A stretch of 64,000 nucleotides of DNA from Candidatus Obscuribacteraceae bacterium (GCA_044229845.1 JBGASG010000003.1:288001-352000), one strand, 5' to 3'; counted from the stretch's first letter, positions 42,401 through 51,317 are shown. Translations and numbers: made by a program. The notes: generated by a model not told the origin, from the sequence alone.

Positions 42401-43140
42401 ATAGCGGGGGCGACAATGTTTCAGAGATCGCCTACGACCCATACGGACGAGTGCGCCTCATGTCTGGAAGCTTCACCCCAGATTTTGCCTTTGCCAGCAT
42501 GTATTTCCACGCACCTAGTGGACTAAATCTGACAAAATTTCGCGCTTTCAGCCCAGGTTTGTGTAGCTGGATCAGTCGCGACCCGCTCAATAATGAATCG
42601 TTCCCATATGCATACTGCCAGAACGAACCGACTGGTCGAATTGACCCTAGCGGCTTATTTCACTTCGACCCAAAAGTCTGTTGCCAGGTTAGGGACAAGC
42701 TTAAGGAACTGGCATCCCAATCTCGAGAAAACAATCGAGAAATGGGAATCCCCTTCAATATCGATTCAGAGGGAAACGTTACGTTCGGCCTGCCTGAAAC
42801 CGGAAAGACACCAGAAGGTCCGATTAACGGCCAAGCGGGATTCTCTAATGTTGGGATGACACACGTTATAGGGGGCATGGGCGGCACTTATGACATCCTC
42901 GGCCAAAAGGTAACCATTCCAAACGAACTTGGAGCACCGTTTGGCGCGAATTCTGGATTTAGCGCAAAGAAAGGAGACTTCAAGCCCAAACCGTTCATTC
43001 CTTGGACCATTAATGGAACCGGTGATATTTTCCTGATTGAAAACGGACACACTTATCACATGACCCCGGATTGTAAAAAATGCTGGGACTTAGGCACACC
43101 TACGGAACCGATCTTTGACGGTGTCAAACCCTGCCCCTAA
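36436..43140 (+). CDS. RHS/YD-repeat polymorphic toxin with N-terminal C39-like peptidase and inserted repeat domains
   Basis: FRCGPYA/HF/DP peptidase-like motifs; YDAMDRLT-type YD repeats; YDPYG...WISRDP...YAYCQNEP..IDPSGL core; 160-aa C-terminal toxin region. Confidence 0.93.
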   Translation: MEHDPGSSFRCGPYAVAALLRLSGKRPKDMSVIKKASSTSKGTSLFQLKTWAEQSGMKTQVAKRTAGAQIAVPSVMHRKLAHFGAITAFRQNRYRVQDPTFSKSSNLWMTPEAIDSESSGYFLVRAGNLPSGWQKVSDAEAKTIWGKGFMETRYEGKTESEPQTDMGDRGGGEGSCNTGMPTVNAFTMQAALAINDVPLSYNCPIFASPMEFRLHWNQNQEDEPSIFGFTNLGANWSLNWVSWVHVDGSNNALVHVRGGGVDHYPYTGSPSTPYDASILSQAQLTVPSTGVYQRLLPDGSIEVFDLADGTGNYMLTALIDPQGNEASVQYDSNLRVTAVLDPSSNASTFTYVSNTVGNSGFYKIAAITDAFSRSCSFSYDGTNTFLTGITDSVGNVSSFQYNTSTSFIDSMTTNYGTTSFETSTITSGYVHPARQLKFTFPDGTTSVLQNLLDHMYSYFWDREAMARYPNDPNNRIFTHCKTTQFMSEQNTTNEYPVMYWIKPALKAPVYFTYPDAFFEQFYGTINKPTQTTRDTALNKTWNFTVGGTINAGNVFSLNIFNSLIPGGSTVVQYTAQAGDTAQVVVSSLATAASSNAGLIDAGIYARSSGSRVSIVPTCTNLAATGITHSVSGSGSTFTGFYEGNSWFVGQLGGTLTNGDVLTAFIDAPTPFPDEEVTHTVQSGDTLESIAQDIAVKVNALQSVQSNDLSVSAIGSKIITRRLNSGTYYPSFFWNSGATETITDAGSDANEINSYEWNSQGKPTRTVAPYGREFSYSYASNGIDLEEIRETKDSDNFLLGKWTYNSQHEPLTQIDGSGQQTVNTYNVFGQLTSTTDALSNVTSYQYTSTATATVGGTVNSGNQVNLTVSDPALPGGSVTVSHTAGSGETKAQVAAALVTAINSNSDLQTLGVTASRTGAVITLKSTSVNATSYSRTVTGTITLALSNVAYGFLTKITGPLQQNDITTLSWNPNGTLASSTDSEGYSLAFQYDAMDRLTQTTHPDGTSDQIKYQDLDAIFFIDRLGRTTQRSFDAMDQLAFEIDPLGRKTKYTWCSCGSPSTLTDPANNVTTWNHDLEGRIIKKVLADSTTTSYLWEDNTGWLRSRTDALGQVTRYNNLLDGSLGSVMYPNANNPTSPVTYFLAPNFRRLQAAHNAWGQYNYAYNDYITDPLAPPITGGGRISQITNSVIPNSAVTYSYDALARMTNRSINGSSNSITWSYDAMSRVTQEVNALGTFGFTYVDDVSPNSKGVSRLASISYPNGQQTKFSWFDNTRDQRLREITNLDPSSQTLSQFDYSYDSAGQITRWLQQQKGSHQNFALDYDLAGQLTGAAAGRGSTAPPFANQNFYSYDAAANRTSAQQSQVQNLVVAGTKTTGDVLTVTVIDSALSGGQLAVPYTVASGDTLTTIARKLAATITSKAALQTIGVDAVASGTTITLRSKSPNITIYTTSLSGGATETITAGINSATHNITIGGTAHDGDQLQVIVRDPALSGGQTTVNYTVPTGASLNTIASGLASAINAGSGLAALGITATSKQRVITVKTLSPNVTNFTGSVSGAGATVTMSLGVSLNGSVTALISGTATGNDILTISVFDAGLSGGQHDISYTVLPSDTLATITSALAAAINADSQLRLIGVKASASSTKLTVTSVSTNDTTYLPSKSAGATETILWGLPANGTITASVAGSITAGDVVTINVFDAGLSGGSTSVSHTVAAGDTRKIIAASLASQINGNAGLAAIGVTALAVTPAGSVNVVNITSASSNATTYAKSTSPGATLSLTLSKSVGVTKATFNNVNELTSLSAGGATRFQGTTDRPVLPVTIDGNAAEMTTSQSFNGTAVLDVNPDSVPVSATAGGGSGTTTNDYKLDHVGATATLTFDANGNMTSDGTNSFSWDAENRLIQITFPGTGNNSSFLYDALGDRVRIIETRNSSVLTTQQFIFCGLTACEERDISGSLTKEFFSFGQTVGGTTSKYFYWFTHRGDVCTVTDSGGDNVSEIAYDPYGRVRLMSGSFTPDFAFASMYFHAPSGLNLTKFRAFSPGLCSWISRDPLNNESFPYAYCQNEPTGRIDPSGLFHFDPKVCCQVRDKLKELASQSRENNREMGIPFNIDSEGNVTFGLPETGKTPEGPINGQAGFSNVGMTHVIGGMGGTYDILGQKVTIPNELGAPFGANSGFSAKKGDFKPKPFIPWTINGTGDIFLIENGHTYHMTPDCKKCWDLGTPTEPIFDGVKPCP
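40165..42090 (+). repeat. Copy 1 of a ~1.9-kb direct repeat (RHS 3' region)
   Basis: Near-identical to 44041-45966 (offset 3876). Confidence 0.95.
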
Positions 43141-43207
43141 TCAATGGGAACAACCGTGTGGCTAAGAAAAGCAGGAACTGTTAAGCTGTTCAACGAGGTA
43201 CCAAGCT

Positions 43208-43486
43208 TTGAAAAAGATCGCCAGTCTGAGTTTGATTGCTTCTCTCGCGGTTTTATCACTTCTGCTGCTATCCACGTACTTTTTCGAAGATCTTCCAATG
43301 GAGTTAGCAGTGGACAGTTGGGAACGCGGACATCCTGATCGAGCAGCCTTCTATAAAACTGGTGTGTTGCACACGCTCGTTGCCAATGTTCAGTGGAATG
43401 TTTTGCATTGCCCCGAGTCCCATCTGCCCGACGCAGCTACTCTTTATCGACTTTATCGAGATTTTCGGGATCACGAAGCCAACTGA
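43208..43486 (+). CDS. Candidate immunity protein (membrane-anchored, possibly truncated)
   Basis: TTG start, MKK plus hydrophobic leader; directly downstream of the RHS toxin. Confidence 0.5.
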   Translation: MKKIASLSLIASLAVLSLLLLSTYFFEDLPMELAVDSWERGHPDRAAFYKTGVLHTLVANVQWNVLHCPESHLPDAATLYRLYRDFRDHEAN

Positions 43487-43592
43487 GATCGACGTCATCC
43501 CTTCTCCACAGGAGTCGGCAGACTCACAGCGGCGCCTCGACATGACTTCGTCTTCCTAACAGGCAACGAGAGGCGAGGGCGAGCGCGAAGGC

Positions 43593-44039
43593 AGATATCG
43601 TCTTCGCGTCAAGCAGCCATGAAGTCCGCGCAGAACGGCTTTCCGGTTTTGAGCACTCCGAAAACTATATGCAGAAGCTTTCGCCCCTGATATCTGGTGG
43701 GGACGCTTAGAGAGCCAGCATCGCCCGAACCAACGGCAAAGCCAGGGAAAGCTGGTGACCGCTTGCGGCTTGATGGTATCGACGATTTCGCCTTCGTGAG
43801 ACTTGAGTGCAGTGAGGTATTACCACCATGGCTGGAGGCATCCAAAGCACCCAGAACTCCTGGAGCTGAGGAATTTTGGTTTTGCCATCGGTGTTGGACC
43901 AACCCTTTTTACGCCCAACACCTCGATACGAAGAGGGCGGTCTGTCCATCGGAGTGGCTCCGCGGACCAGGGCCCCCCGCTGCTACTCCTTACGCCAAGC
44001 TGGAGACCGAACGGGACGGTTGACTCTGCCCGGCTTCAG
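43593..44039 (-). mobile_element. Internally deleted IS110-family element
   Basis: Minus strand encodes RKLLHIVFGVLKTGKPF (IS110 C-terminus) followed by TTGAC-N-GACGATATCT. Degenerate VLGALDASS N-terminal motif. CT at both candidate ends; the left end is less certain. Confidence 0.7.
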
Positions 44040-44040
44040 A

Positions 44041-45966
44041 TCTCCCAATTCGAAAGGCGTCAGCCGCCTGGCAAGCATCTCGTACCCTAATGGCCAGCAG
44101 ACCAAGTTCTCCTGGTTCGATAACGCCAGGAACCAACGCCTGCGCGAAATCACCAATCTCGATCCGAACTCGCAGACGCTCTCACAGTTTGATTATTCCT
44201 ACGATTCTGCCGGGCAGATCACTCGCTGGCTTCAGCAACAAAAGGGCAGCCACCAAAACTTTGCCCTGGATTACGATGCTGCCGGTCAGCTCACTGGCGC
44301 CGCCGCCGGACGCGGTAGCACAGCGCCACCATTCGCCAACCAAAACTTCTACAGCTACGATGCCGCCGCCAACCGTACCTCCGCTCAACAAAGTCAGGTG
44401 CAGAATTTAGTCGTCGCCGGCACTAAAACCACTGGCGACGTGTTGACGGTCACCGTTATCGACAGCGCGCTCTCCGGTGGGCAGCTGGCAGTCCCCTACA
44501 CCGTCGCATCCGGAGATACGCTTACCACCATCGCCCGCAAGCTTGCCGCCACCATCACCTCAAAGGCAGCGCTGCAGACTATAGGCGTTGATGCTGTTGC
44601 GAGCGGCACCACCATCACTTTGCGCTCAAAGTCCCCGAATATAACGACCTATACCACCAGCCTCAGCGGTGGTGCCACAGAGACAATTACTGCCGGCATC
44701 AACTCCGCCACCCATAACATCACCATCGGCGGTACCGCTCACGACGGCGATCAGTTGCAAGTGATTGTCCGCGATCCAGCTCTCTCCGGCGGGCAAACAA
44801 CCGTTAACTATACCGTTCCCACCGGAGCATCCCTCAACACCATCGCTTCTGGGCTGGCCAGCGCCATTAACGCGGACAGCGGCCTGGCGGCGCTTGGCAT
44901 TACGGCTACCTCGAAGCAACGCGTGATTACGGTGAAAACCCTCTCGCCCAACGTCACCAATTTGACGGGCACTGTCTCGGGCACTGGCGCCACGGTGACC
45001 ATGTCCCTCGGTGTCAGCCTTAACGGCTCGGTTACCGCGCTCATTTCCGGGAACGCAACCGCCAACGACGCCCTCACCATTTCAGTTTTCGATGCAGGGC
45101 TCTCCGGCGGGCAGCGCGATATCTCCTACACCGTGCTCCCTTCCGACACGCTTGCCACCATCACGAGCGCGTTGGCAGCAGCCATAAATGCTGACAGTCA
45201 ACTGCGACTGATCGGTGTCAAAGCGTCAGCCTCTTCCACAAAGTTGACGGTCACTTCCGTCTCAACCAACGACACTACCTACCTGCCATCCAAGAGTGCG
45301 GGCGCCACCGAAACTATCCTCTGGGGTCTGCCCGCCAACGGCACCGTCACCGCATCCGTTGCTGGCCCGATTACCGCCGGCGACATCGTGACCATCACCG
45401 TGTTTGACGCCGGTTTGAGCGGCGGCTCCACGTCCGTATCCCACACGGTGGCAGCCGGGGATACGCGCAAAATAATCGCCACCTCCCTCGCTAGCCAGAT
45501 CAACGGCAACACCAGTCTTGCCGCTATTGGAGTTAGTGCTCTCGCCGTCACGCCGGCCGGCTCAGTCAATGTGGTAAACATTACTTCTGCGTCCTCCAAT
45601 GCCACCACGTATGCCAAATCCATAAGTCCCGGCGCGACCTTGTCGCTAACCTTGAGTAAGAGCGTCGGCGTAACGAAGGCAACCTTCAACAACGTCAACG
45701 AACTCACCACGCTGTCTGCCGGCGGCGCCACCAGGTTTCAAGGCACGACAGATCGTCCAGTGCTGCCGGTCACCGTCGATGGAAACGCCGCAGATATGAC
45801 TACCTCACAAAGTTTCAACGGCAATGCAGTGCTAGATGTGAACCCGGACAGCGTCCCAGTCAGCGCCACCACTGGCGGCGGCAGCGGTACAACCACCAAC
45901 GATTACAAACTAGACTATGTCGGTGCCAACGCAACGCTGACCTTCGATGCCAACGGCAATATGACG
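44041..45966 (+). repeat. Copy 2 of the ~1.9-kb direct repeat
   Basis: Matches 40165-42090 with scattered substitutions. Confidence 0.95.
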
Positions 45967-46971
45967 TCCGATGGGACGAATTCGTACTCCTGGGATGCGG
46001 AAAATAGGTTGGTGCAAATCACGTATTCGGGGAGCGGCAACAATAGTCAGTTCGCGTACGATCCATTGGGTCGGAATGTGAAGATTGAGGAACGGACCGC
46101 TGGCAGTGTGACGAGCACAAAGCAATATGTTTGGGTCAGATGGGACCGGCGGGAGGAACGCGACGCATCTGGGAACTTAACGAAAGAGTTTTTCAATGCA
46201 GGGCAGCTTAACGGCAGCACCAAATATTTCTATGCGACCGATTGGCTGGGTTCGATTCGAGAGTTAACTGACAACAGTGGTGCTATCCAAGCTGAGTATT
46301 CTTATGACCCATATGGTCGCCCGACGAAGATTGTTGAGTCCTCGCCTTCAGATTTTGGCTACGCGGGGTTGTTCGTGCACAGCCGTAGTGGTCTGAACTT
46401 TGCCGCCGTTAGGAATTACAACCCCTCCCTTGGTCGCTGGCTGAATCGCGATCCGATTGGCGAACGCGGCGGCCTAAATCTCTACCGTTATGCCAGGAGC
46501 AATCCCATATCCTTCTTTGATCAACTGGGAATGATGGCATCCCAAGGGGGAACAGCAGCCACTCCCCCAGATCCTGGTTCCATAGGCGAGCAAGCAGCAA
46601 GTTCTGCGATGGGTGGTGGTGGTGGTGAGCCCCCAAATCCAAATAAGAAGCCACCAGAGAAAAAAGATCCCGATCCAAAGGATCCGATCGATAAGGAACT
46701 GGAGGATTGCCTCGACGAAGCTGAGCATTGGCTTGAGGCGGCCGAGGAAATCCTGAAGAGACCGGACAATCAAAAACCGAAATGCAGCTCCAAAAAAGGG
46801 AGAAGAGTAACACACGAAGATCTGCTAGAGCAATTTGCGAAAATGATTGCTGACTGTATCGAAGAAGCCGATGAAAAGCGGGAAAAGAGAAACGACCAGG
46901 ATGAGAAAATCCTTCAAAAGATGCGAGAATGGCACAAGTGGTATGTCGAAAACATCAAAAGCAAACTCTGA
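44041..46971 (+). pseudogene. Orphan, 5'-truncated RHS cassette with a different toxin domain
   Basis: Homology to the upstream RHS starts abruptly at 44041. Core YDPYG...GRWLNRDP...NLYRYARSNP..FDQLGM, then an unrelated 145-aa C-terminus. Confidence 0.9.
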
Positions 46972-46983
46972 TTCGAGGTTTTA

Positions 46984-47343
46984 ATGGCGAACAATCAAGC
47001 CGAAGGAAGCGATGGGATCAAAGAAAGTGACATTGTTGCAGAAACGAAGGTTATCTTCATTCGCGCATCTGATGGCGAGCGCCTGTTCGTCCGCCTGGGA
47101 ATCGGGCGTCCATTCTTCATTGCAAATGATCTGTGTTCATACTGCTACATCTTTATGGATGGGCATCTCAAACCATTGAAAGTCAGCGGCACAGATTCGC
47201 TCCAGGCGCTTTGTCTTGCGGTCCAGTTCTTGCGAAAGCAGCTGGAGACGGTGCGTAAGATGGGGTGGACGATTCTCGAAGATGATCCAAGTTCGGAGAC
47301 TGCCGAAACTTTTGACATCGACGCCTGCTTTGGTCGGAAATAG
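46984..47343 (+). CDS. Candidate immunity protein, DUF6968-like
   Basis: GAGG RBS; 12 bp after the toxin stop; IGRP...C..GTDSLQALCLA motif. Confidence 0.75.
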   Translation: MANNQAEGSDGIKESDIVAETKVIFIRASDGERLFVRLGIGRPFFIANDLCSYCYIFMDGHLKPLKVSGTDSLQALCLAVQFLRKQLETVRKMGWTILEDDPSSETAETFDIDACFGRK

Positions 47344-47371
47344 GAGTCTTAGCAATCGCACGTTTTGTGAG

Positions 47372-47473
47372 GCATTTGCATTTCTCGATCGCGCACCGGT
47401 TCCTTCCGTGCTTTTGGCGCGACCGAACTTGAGATGCTATCATCCTGAAACAGCCTGCTGGACAGCGATTCCC
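47372..47473 (+). pseudogene. Degenerate third RHS-core relic
   Basis: AFAF-x16-RCYHPETACW has the same spacing as DFGY-x16-RNYNPSLGRW in the orphan RHS. Confidence 0.45.
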
Positions 47474-47626
47474 AATACCACCACTTCTGTCCGGTGAGGC
47501 GCATTTCTGCGTGGAGCCGCTTGGATGCTGGGAGTTAAGTAAGCGTTCCAGCAACACCACGTTGACTCAGATCAGAGATCACGTAAGTTGAAATGGAGGG
47601 GTGCAAGGGTACCCCAAAAGCCGACG

Positions 47627-47717
47627 TCGAAGGCACCATATTCGGAAACCCGCAACAGGGCGTTGTTTGAAAAAGTCACGAATGAAACTTAATCGTTTTG
47701 ATCAGACACTGGTAGAT
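47627..47717 (+). repeat. Left arm of a 91-bp perfect inverted repeat
   Basis: Exact reverse complement of 50078-50168; extends 10 bp outward with 2 mismatches. Confidence 0.95.
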
Positions 47718-47728
47718 AAATATGCCAC

Positions 47729-49220
47729 TTAATGCGGTGCGAGACTTGAGGCGAGCTGAGACGCGAGCCACCGGTCCGGTAGCAAATCACCAATCTCCTC
47801 GTAGTCCTGGTTTGTCAGCGTTTCCAGAACGTCTTTCCAGTATTGGAATGGATTCACGGAAAGCAGCTTACAACTATTGGTCAAACTGGCAAGGATTGAG
47901 AAAGTGTCGCCTGCGTCTTCGTCTCCCAAGAACACCAGTTTTTCCTTCCTACCGCTACTGGGCGCAGGGCCCGTTCCGCTGCATTGTTATCGATCGGAAG
48001 AAATCCTCGTTCAGTGTAGCGCGTCAAGTTGGACCAGCGCGAGACCGAGTACTGCAGGGCCTCTCCAATTGCACTTTTCGGCAGTGTGCGAGTCTGAACG
48101 TCGCGCATCCAGTCGTGCATTTCAACCAATCTCGGCACCGCTTCTCGCTGACGAAGTTGGTGGCGGTCATCCTCCTCAAGAAGATTTCCTTGTCGCTCAA
48201 TTTCATACAGGACGTGGATTCTTGCCAAAGCTTCGTCTGCAATCCGAGGATTGTTTCCCTGCGCTCGTTCGAAGTAGCGACGCGCATGCGCCATGCAACA
48301 GAGCCGTTTCGCCTGCGTGGCGCTCGCCAACGCGTCATAACCACCGTAGGCGTCCGCTTGCACGTATCCGGCGAAGTCATTCAAAAAGTCTTGTGCATGC
48401 TTGTGTCCTCGGTCTGGGTGCCACTCAAATATTACGTAGGGGTGGTCTTCGTGACCGAGATAGGTCCAGGCATAACCGGTTGGTGCTTTACCGGCACCCT
48501 TCCTCTGAAACTTCACAGGCGTCTCGTCTGCATGGATTATCCGCGACTGCAATACCTCATCTCGCATTCGCTCGTAAATGGGTCGAACCTTTCTGCACAG
48601 ACTGCAAGCCACCGACTCATGCTGGAACGAGCAACCTTGACTCCCTGGCGTTCATACATCTGCTCTTGTCGGTATAGTGGCAGATGGTTCGCATACTTGT
48701 TTTCGATTGTGTTTGCAAGCAATCCAAATCCTGGCATGCCCTTCGCGATCGGCTGGGCACTTGTTCGGGGTGCTAACACAATATGTCCGTCGCACGTCCT
48801 GCATCCGTATTTAACTTGGCGGTGGTCAGTCACCGCGAACCTGCCTGGAATGTACTCCAGCTCTTTCCATGATTCGTGCCCAATGATCTGCCGCACGTCG
48901 GTGCACTTTGGACATCGCCGCTCTTCATCCGAAAGCGTGTACTCCTGAACAGCTTCTGGAGCGGTCACGGATGTCACCCTCCCTCCACCTCCACGCCGTC
49001 TTTCTGACGTGGCCGATCGCCCGTCGGTATACCCCGAAGCTATTTGTTGAGCGAACAGAGTAAGCTGATTCGGATCTATCTTTTCCGACTTGCTGCCAAA
49101 CTCTTCTCTGAGAAACAATTCAAGACGACGCCCCAGTCGTTCATTGTCTGCCCGCAGCTCCACAATTATTTGATGGCACAAGCTAATATCGTTTGGTAGT
49201 TTTTCCGGACTTACTGGCAT
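47729..49220 (-). pseudogene. tnpC: IS66 transposase TnpC with two frameshifts
   Basis: FGSKSEK, CPKC zinc ribbon, KYANHLPLYRQ, HADETP, QADAYGGY, CMAHARRYF, IDNNAAERALR, LLP. Frame breaks near 48585 and 47935. Confidence 0.92.
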
Positions 49221-49629
49221 ATCTTGTCTCGCTGCAAGAATCTTGCAAGGTCGTATCATGCACCATATGCGGTGTCGACGGTCTGCGAAATCTCTGTCGC
49301 CGGCGGATACTGCTCAAATCAATTCCGTCCAGGATCATTCGCAGTGTGGATGCTTCGATTTCCACGCCGGCGGATGAAAAGTTCTCTAAGTCAGGAAACT
49401 CAAAAGTGCCTTTTGGAAGCATTTTGTACCACATGGCAAAGCCGTCGTTGTCCCAGTACAGCACCTTGATTCGGTCGCCTCGTTTGTTGCGGAAGACGAA
49501 CAGATAACCGGACTGCGGGTCCAAGTTCATCGCACTGCCGACGATGCCGGAAAGTGCATCAAAACTTTGTCGCATGTCAATGTCCGACGTGCAAATGAAT
49601 ATCCTCGTACCCAGAGCAGAACTCAGCAT
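49183..49629 (-). CDS. tnpB: IS66 accessory protein TnpB
   Basis: DMRQSFDAL, LFVFRNKRGDRIKVLYWDNDGF. Confidence 0.92.
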   Translation of the reverse strand: MLSSALGTRIFICTSDIDMRQSFDALSGIVGSAMNLDPQSGYLFVFRNKRGDRIKVLYWDNDGFAMWYKMLPKGTFEFPDLENFSSAGVEIEASTLRMILDGIDLSSIRRRQRFRRPSTPHMVHDTTLQDSCSETRYASKSGKTTKRY

Positions 49630-49630
49630 T

Positions 49631-50019
49631 TCACTTTCCCACAAATCGTTCAAGCAAGATATCTAGCAACTGAGGGTCGACCCCCTCATAAACTCGGAGA
49701 ACCATTTCATCAATCCAAGTCACTTCGGCAAGCAAACGCTCTTGCATCTCAATCGGTTGCGGCGTGTCCGGTAGCACGACGGGAACGAAGGAAGACTGAG
49801 TTCCACGTGTCATCTTGCGGCGCCGTTTCAATCGATCAGCGGCTGCGGCCGCATCGGTTCTCTTGATTCGAGTAACCCAATGTCCCAGTGTATTGACATT
49901 GAGCTTTCCCTTTCGCAAAACGCTTTCTGCGACAGATCAGAAGCCCGCCATTGAAGCAATATGGATCTCCACATCGCCTCCTTTTCTTCGTCCGGCGCGC
50001 CCCGAGATTTACGCGGCAT
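49631..50019 (-). pseudogene. tnpA: IS66 accessory protein TnpA, frameshifted
   Basis: WRASDLSQKAFCERE continues as LNVNTLGHW...SFVPV in another frame (break near 49905). Confidence 0.85.
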
Positions 50020-50077
50020 CGAAGCACCGATCACCGACACCAGCCGTTGCGAAAACACTCCATTCAGCGCTAATATG

Positions 50078-50168
50078 ATCTACCAGTGTCTGATCAAAAC
50101 GATTAAGTTTCATTCGTGACTTTTTCAAACAACGCCCTGTTGCGGGTTTCCGAATATGGTGCCTTCGA
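50078..50168 (-). repeat. Right arm of the 91-bp perfect inverted repeat
   Basis: Exact reverse complement of 47627-47717. Confidence 0.95.
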
Positions 50169-50820
50169 TGGCGGCTTTATCACTGGCGATGTACGCAGTG
50201 ATTGCGCTGGTTGTTTTTTTTCATCGCCGGCACGGCCAATTTGCCTTATATCTGGGCGACCCTGTCCACTCAACTGATCGCTGGGCTGATAGCTGATAGG
50301 CGTCTTCACGCTTGATGAAGATCTCATGCGCGAGCGTTTTCGTCCGCGTGGCAAAGACGAGGACCCACTGGCTCCTGCAATACTCAGCATCTTGCTATTA
50401 GCAATCATGGTGCTGTCCGCACTCGACGCCGGTCGTTGGCATCTATCCCAGATCCCAGCCTTCATTTGCATCATCGCCGAAATATTCCAGACAATTGGTT
50501 GGCTCGGATTTCTCTGGTCCATGAAAGTGAACGCGTTTTTTTCATCTGCAATTCGCTTGCAACCAGACCGCGGACAGTACGCCATCAGCGAGGGTCCGTA
50601 CCGATTCATGCGCCACCCTGGTTATGCGTTCGCTTCTCTGGCGTTTCTTACGCAAGGTCTCTCGATGGGCTCATGGCTCGCTGTCGCGCCGGCTTTGATT
50701 GTCGTTCTATACCTTTTATATAGGACGCAGCTTGAAGAGAAAATGTTGAGGGAGGGCTTGCCGGGCTATCATGACTATGCCGAGCGAGTGCGCTACCGAT
50801 GGCTGCCGGGCGTGTGGTAA
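50156..50820 (+). pseudogene. Isoprenylcysteine carboxyl methyltransferase/PEMT-family membrane protein with 5' frameshifts
   Basis: NAFFS, GPYRFMRHPGY, EEKML..LPGY..Y..RVRYRWLPGVW in 50326-50820. The upstream TM segment is rejoined by removing one T from a T8 run and one copy of a tandem GCTGATA. Confidence 0.75.
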
Positions 50821-50831
50821 AACGCGGTGTT

Positions 50832-51317
50832 TCAACCGGCGGCGCGCTGTCCGTGTGTATGACTTTTTGCTGTAGTGTCTGTTAGACGAATGATTTCTAC
50901 TGAACAATGGGCACGAGCCAGCACAGCTTCCGCAATGCTGCCGATGAAGAATTTGGCCAGTCCGGTTCTGCCGTGCGAGCCGACAATAATCATATCTGCC
51001 TGCCATTCATCAGCAATCTGCACTATGCGACCTTCAATCGATCCGGCGGTTACCAATCCGGCGATGTTGGTGCCGCACGTTTCTGTCAGTTGAGCGACCG
51101 CTTTTGAGACCATCTGCTCACCGAACGTACGCCCCGCTTCATGCACCATCGCCGAGACATCACCGAAGCTGTGACTCAGACCTATATAGGTAGCCGGCAA
51201 TGGTTGCACCACATGCAAAACCAAGAACTGCGTGTCATCAGCCCACTCGCGCTCTGCCACCGAATCCAGTGCAGCCTGAGCAAAGCGAGACCCGTCCGTA
51301 GCGATTAGAACTTTCAT
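50832..51317 (-). CDS. Universal stress protein
   Basis: MKVLIATDGS, IVGSHGRTG..FIGSIAEAV, CSV; GGAGG RBS before the ATG at 51317. Confidence 0.93.
   Translation of the reverse strand: MKVLIATDGSRFAQAALDSVAEREWADDTQFLVLHVVQPLPATYIGLSHSFGDVSAMVHEAGRTFGEQMVSKAVAQLTETCGTNIAGLVTAGSIEGRIVQIADEWQADMIIVGSHGRTGLAKFFIGSIAEAVLARAHCSVEIIRLTDTTAKSHTHGQRAAG

Larger units (their letters stand above)
47539..50080 (-). mobile_element. Defective IS66-family element (tnpA-tnpB-tnpC)
   Basis: Three-gene layout. GTAAGCG IS66-like terminus at 47539; no matching partner end or target duplication found, so boundaries are uncertain. Confidence 0.85.

Noticed and set aside
43876..44040. N-terminal 55 aa of the 1031-aa ORF as a real RHS start
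   Set aside because: It reads through the IS110 relic antisense; RHS homology starts only at 44041.
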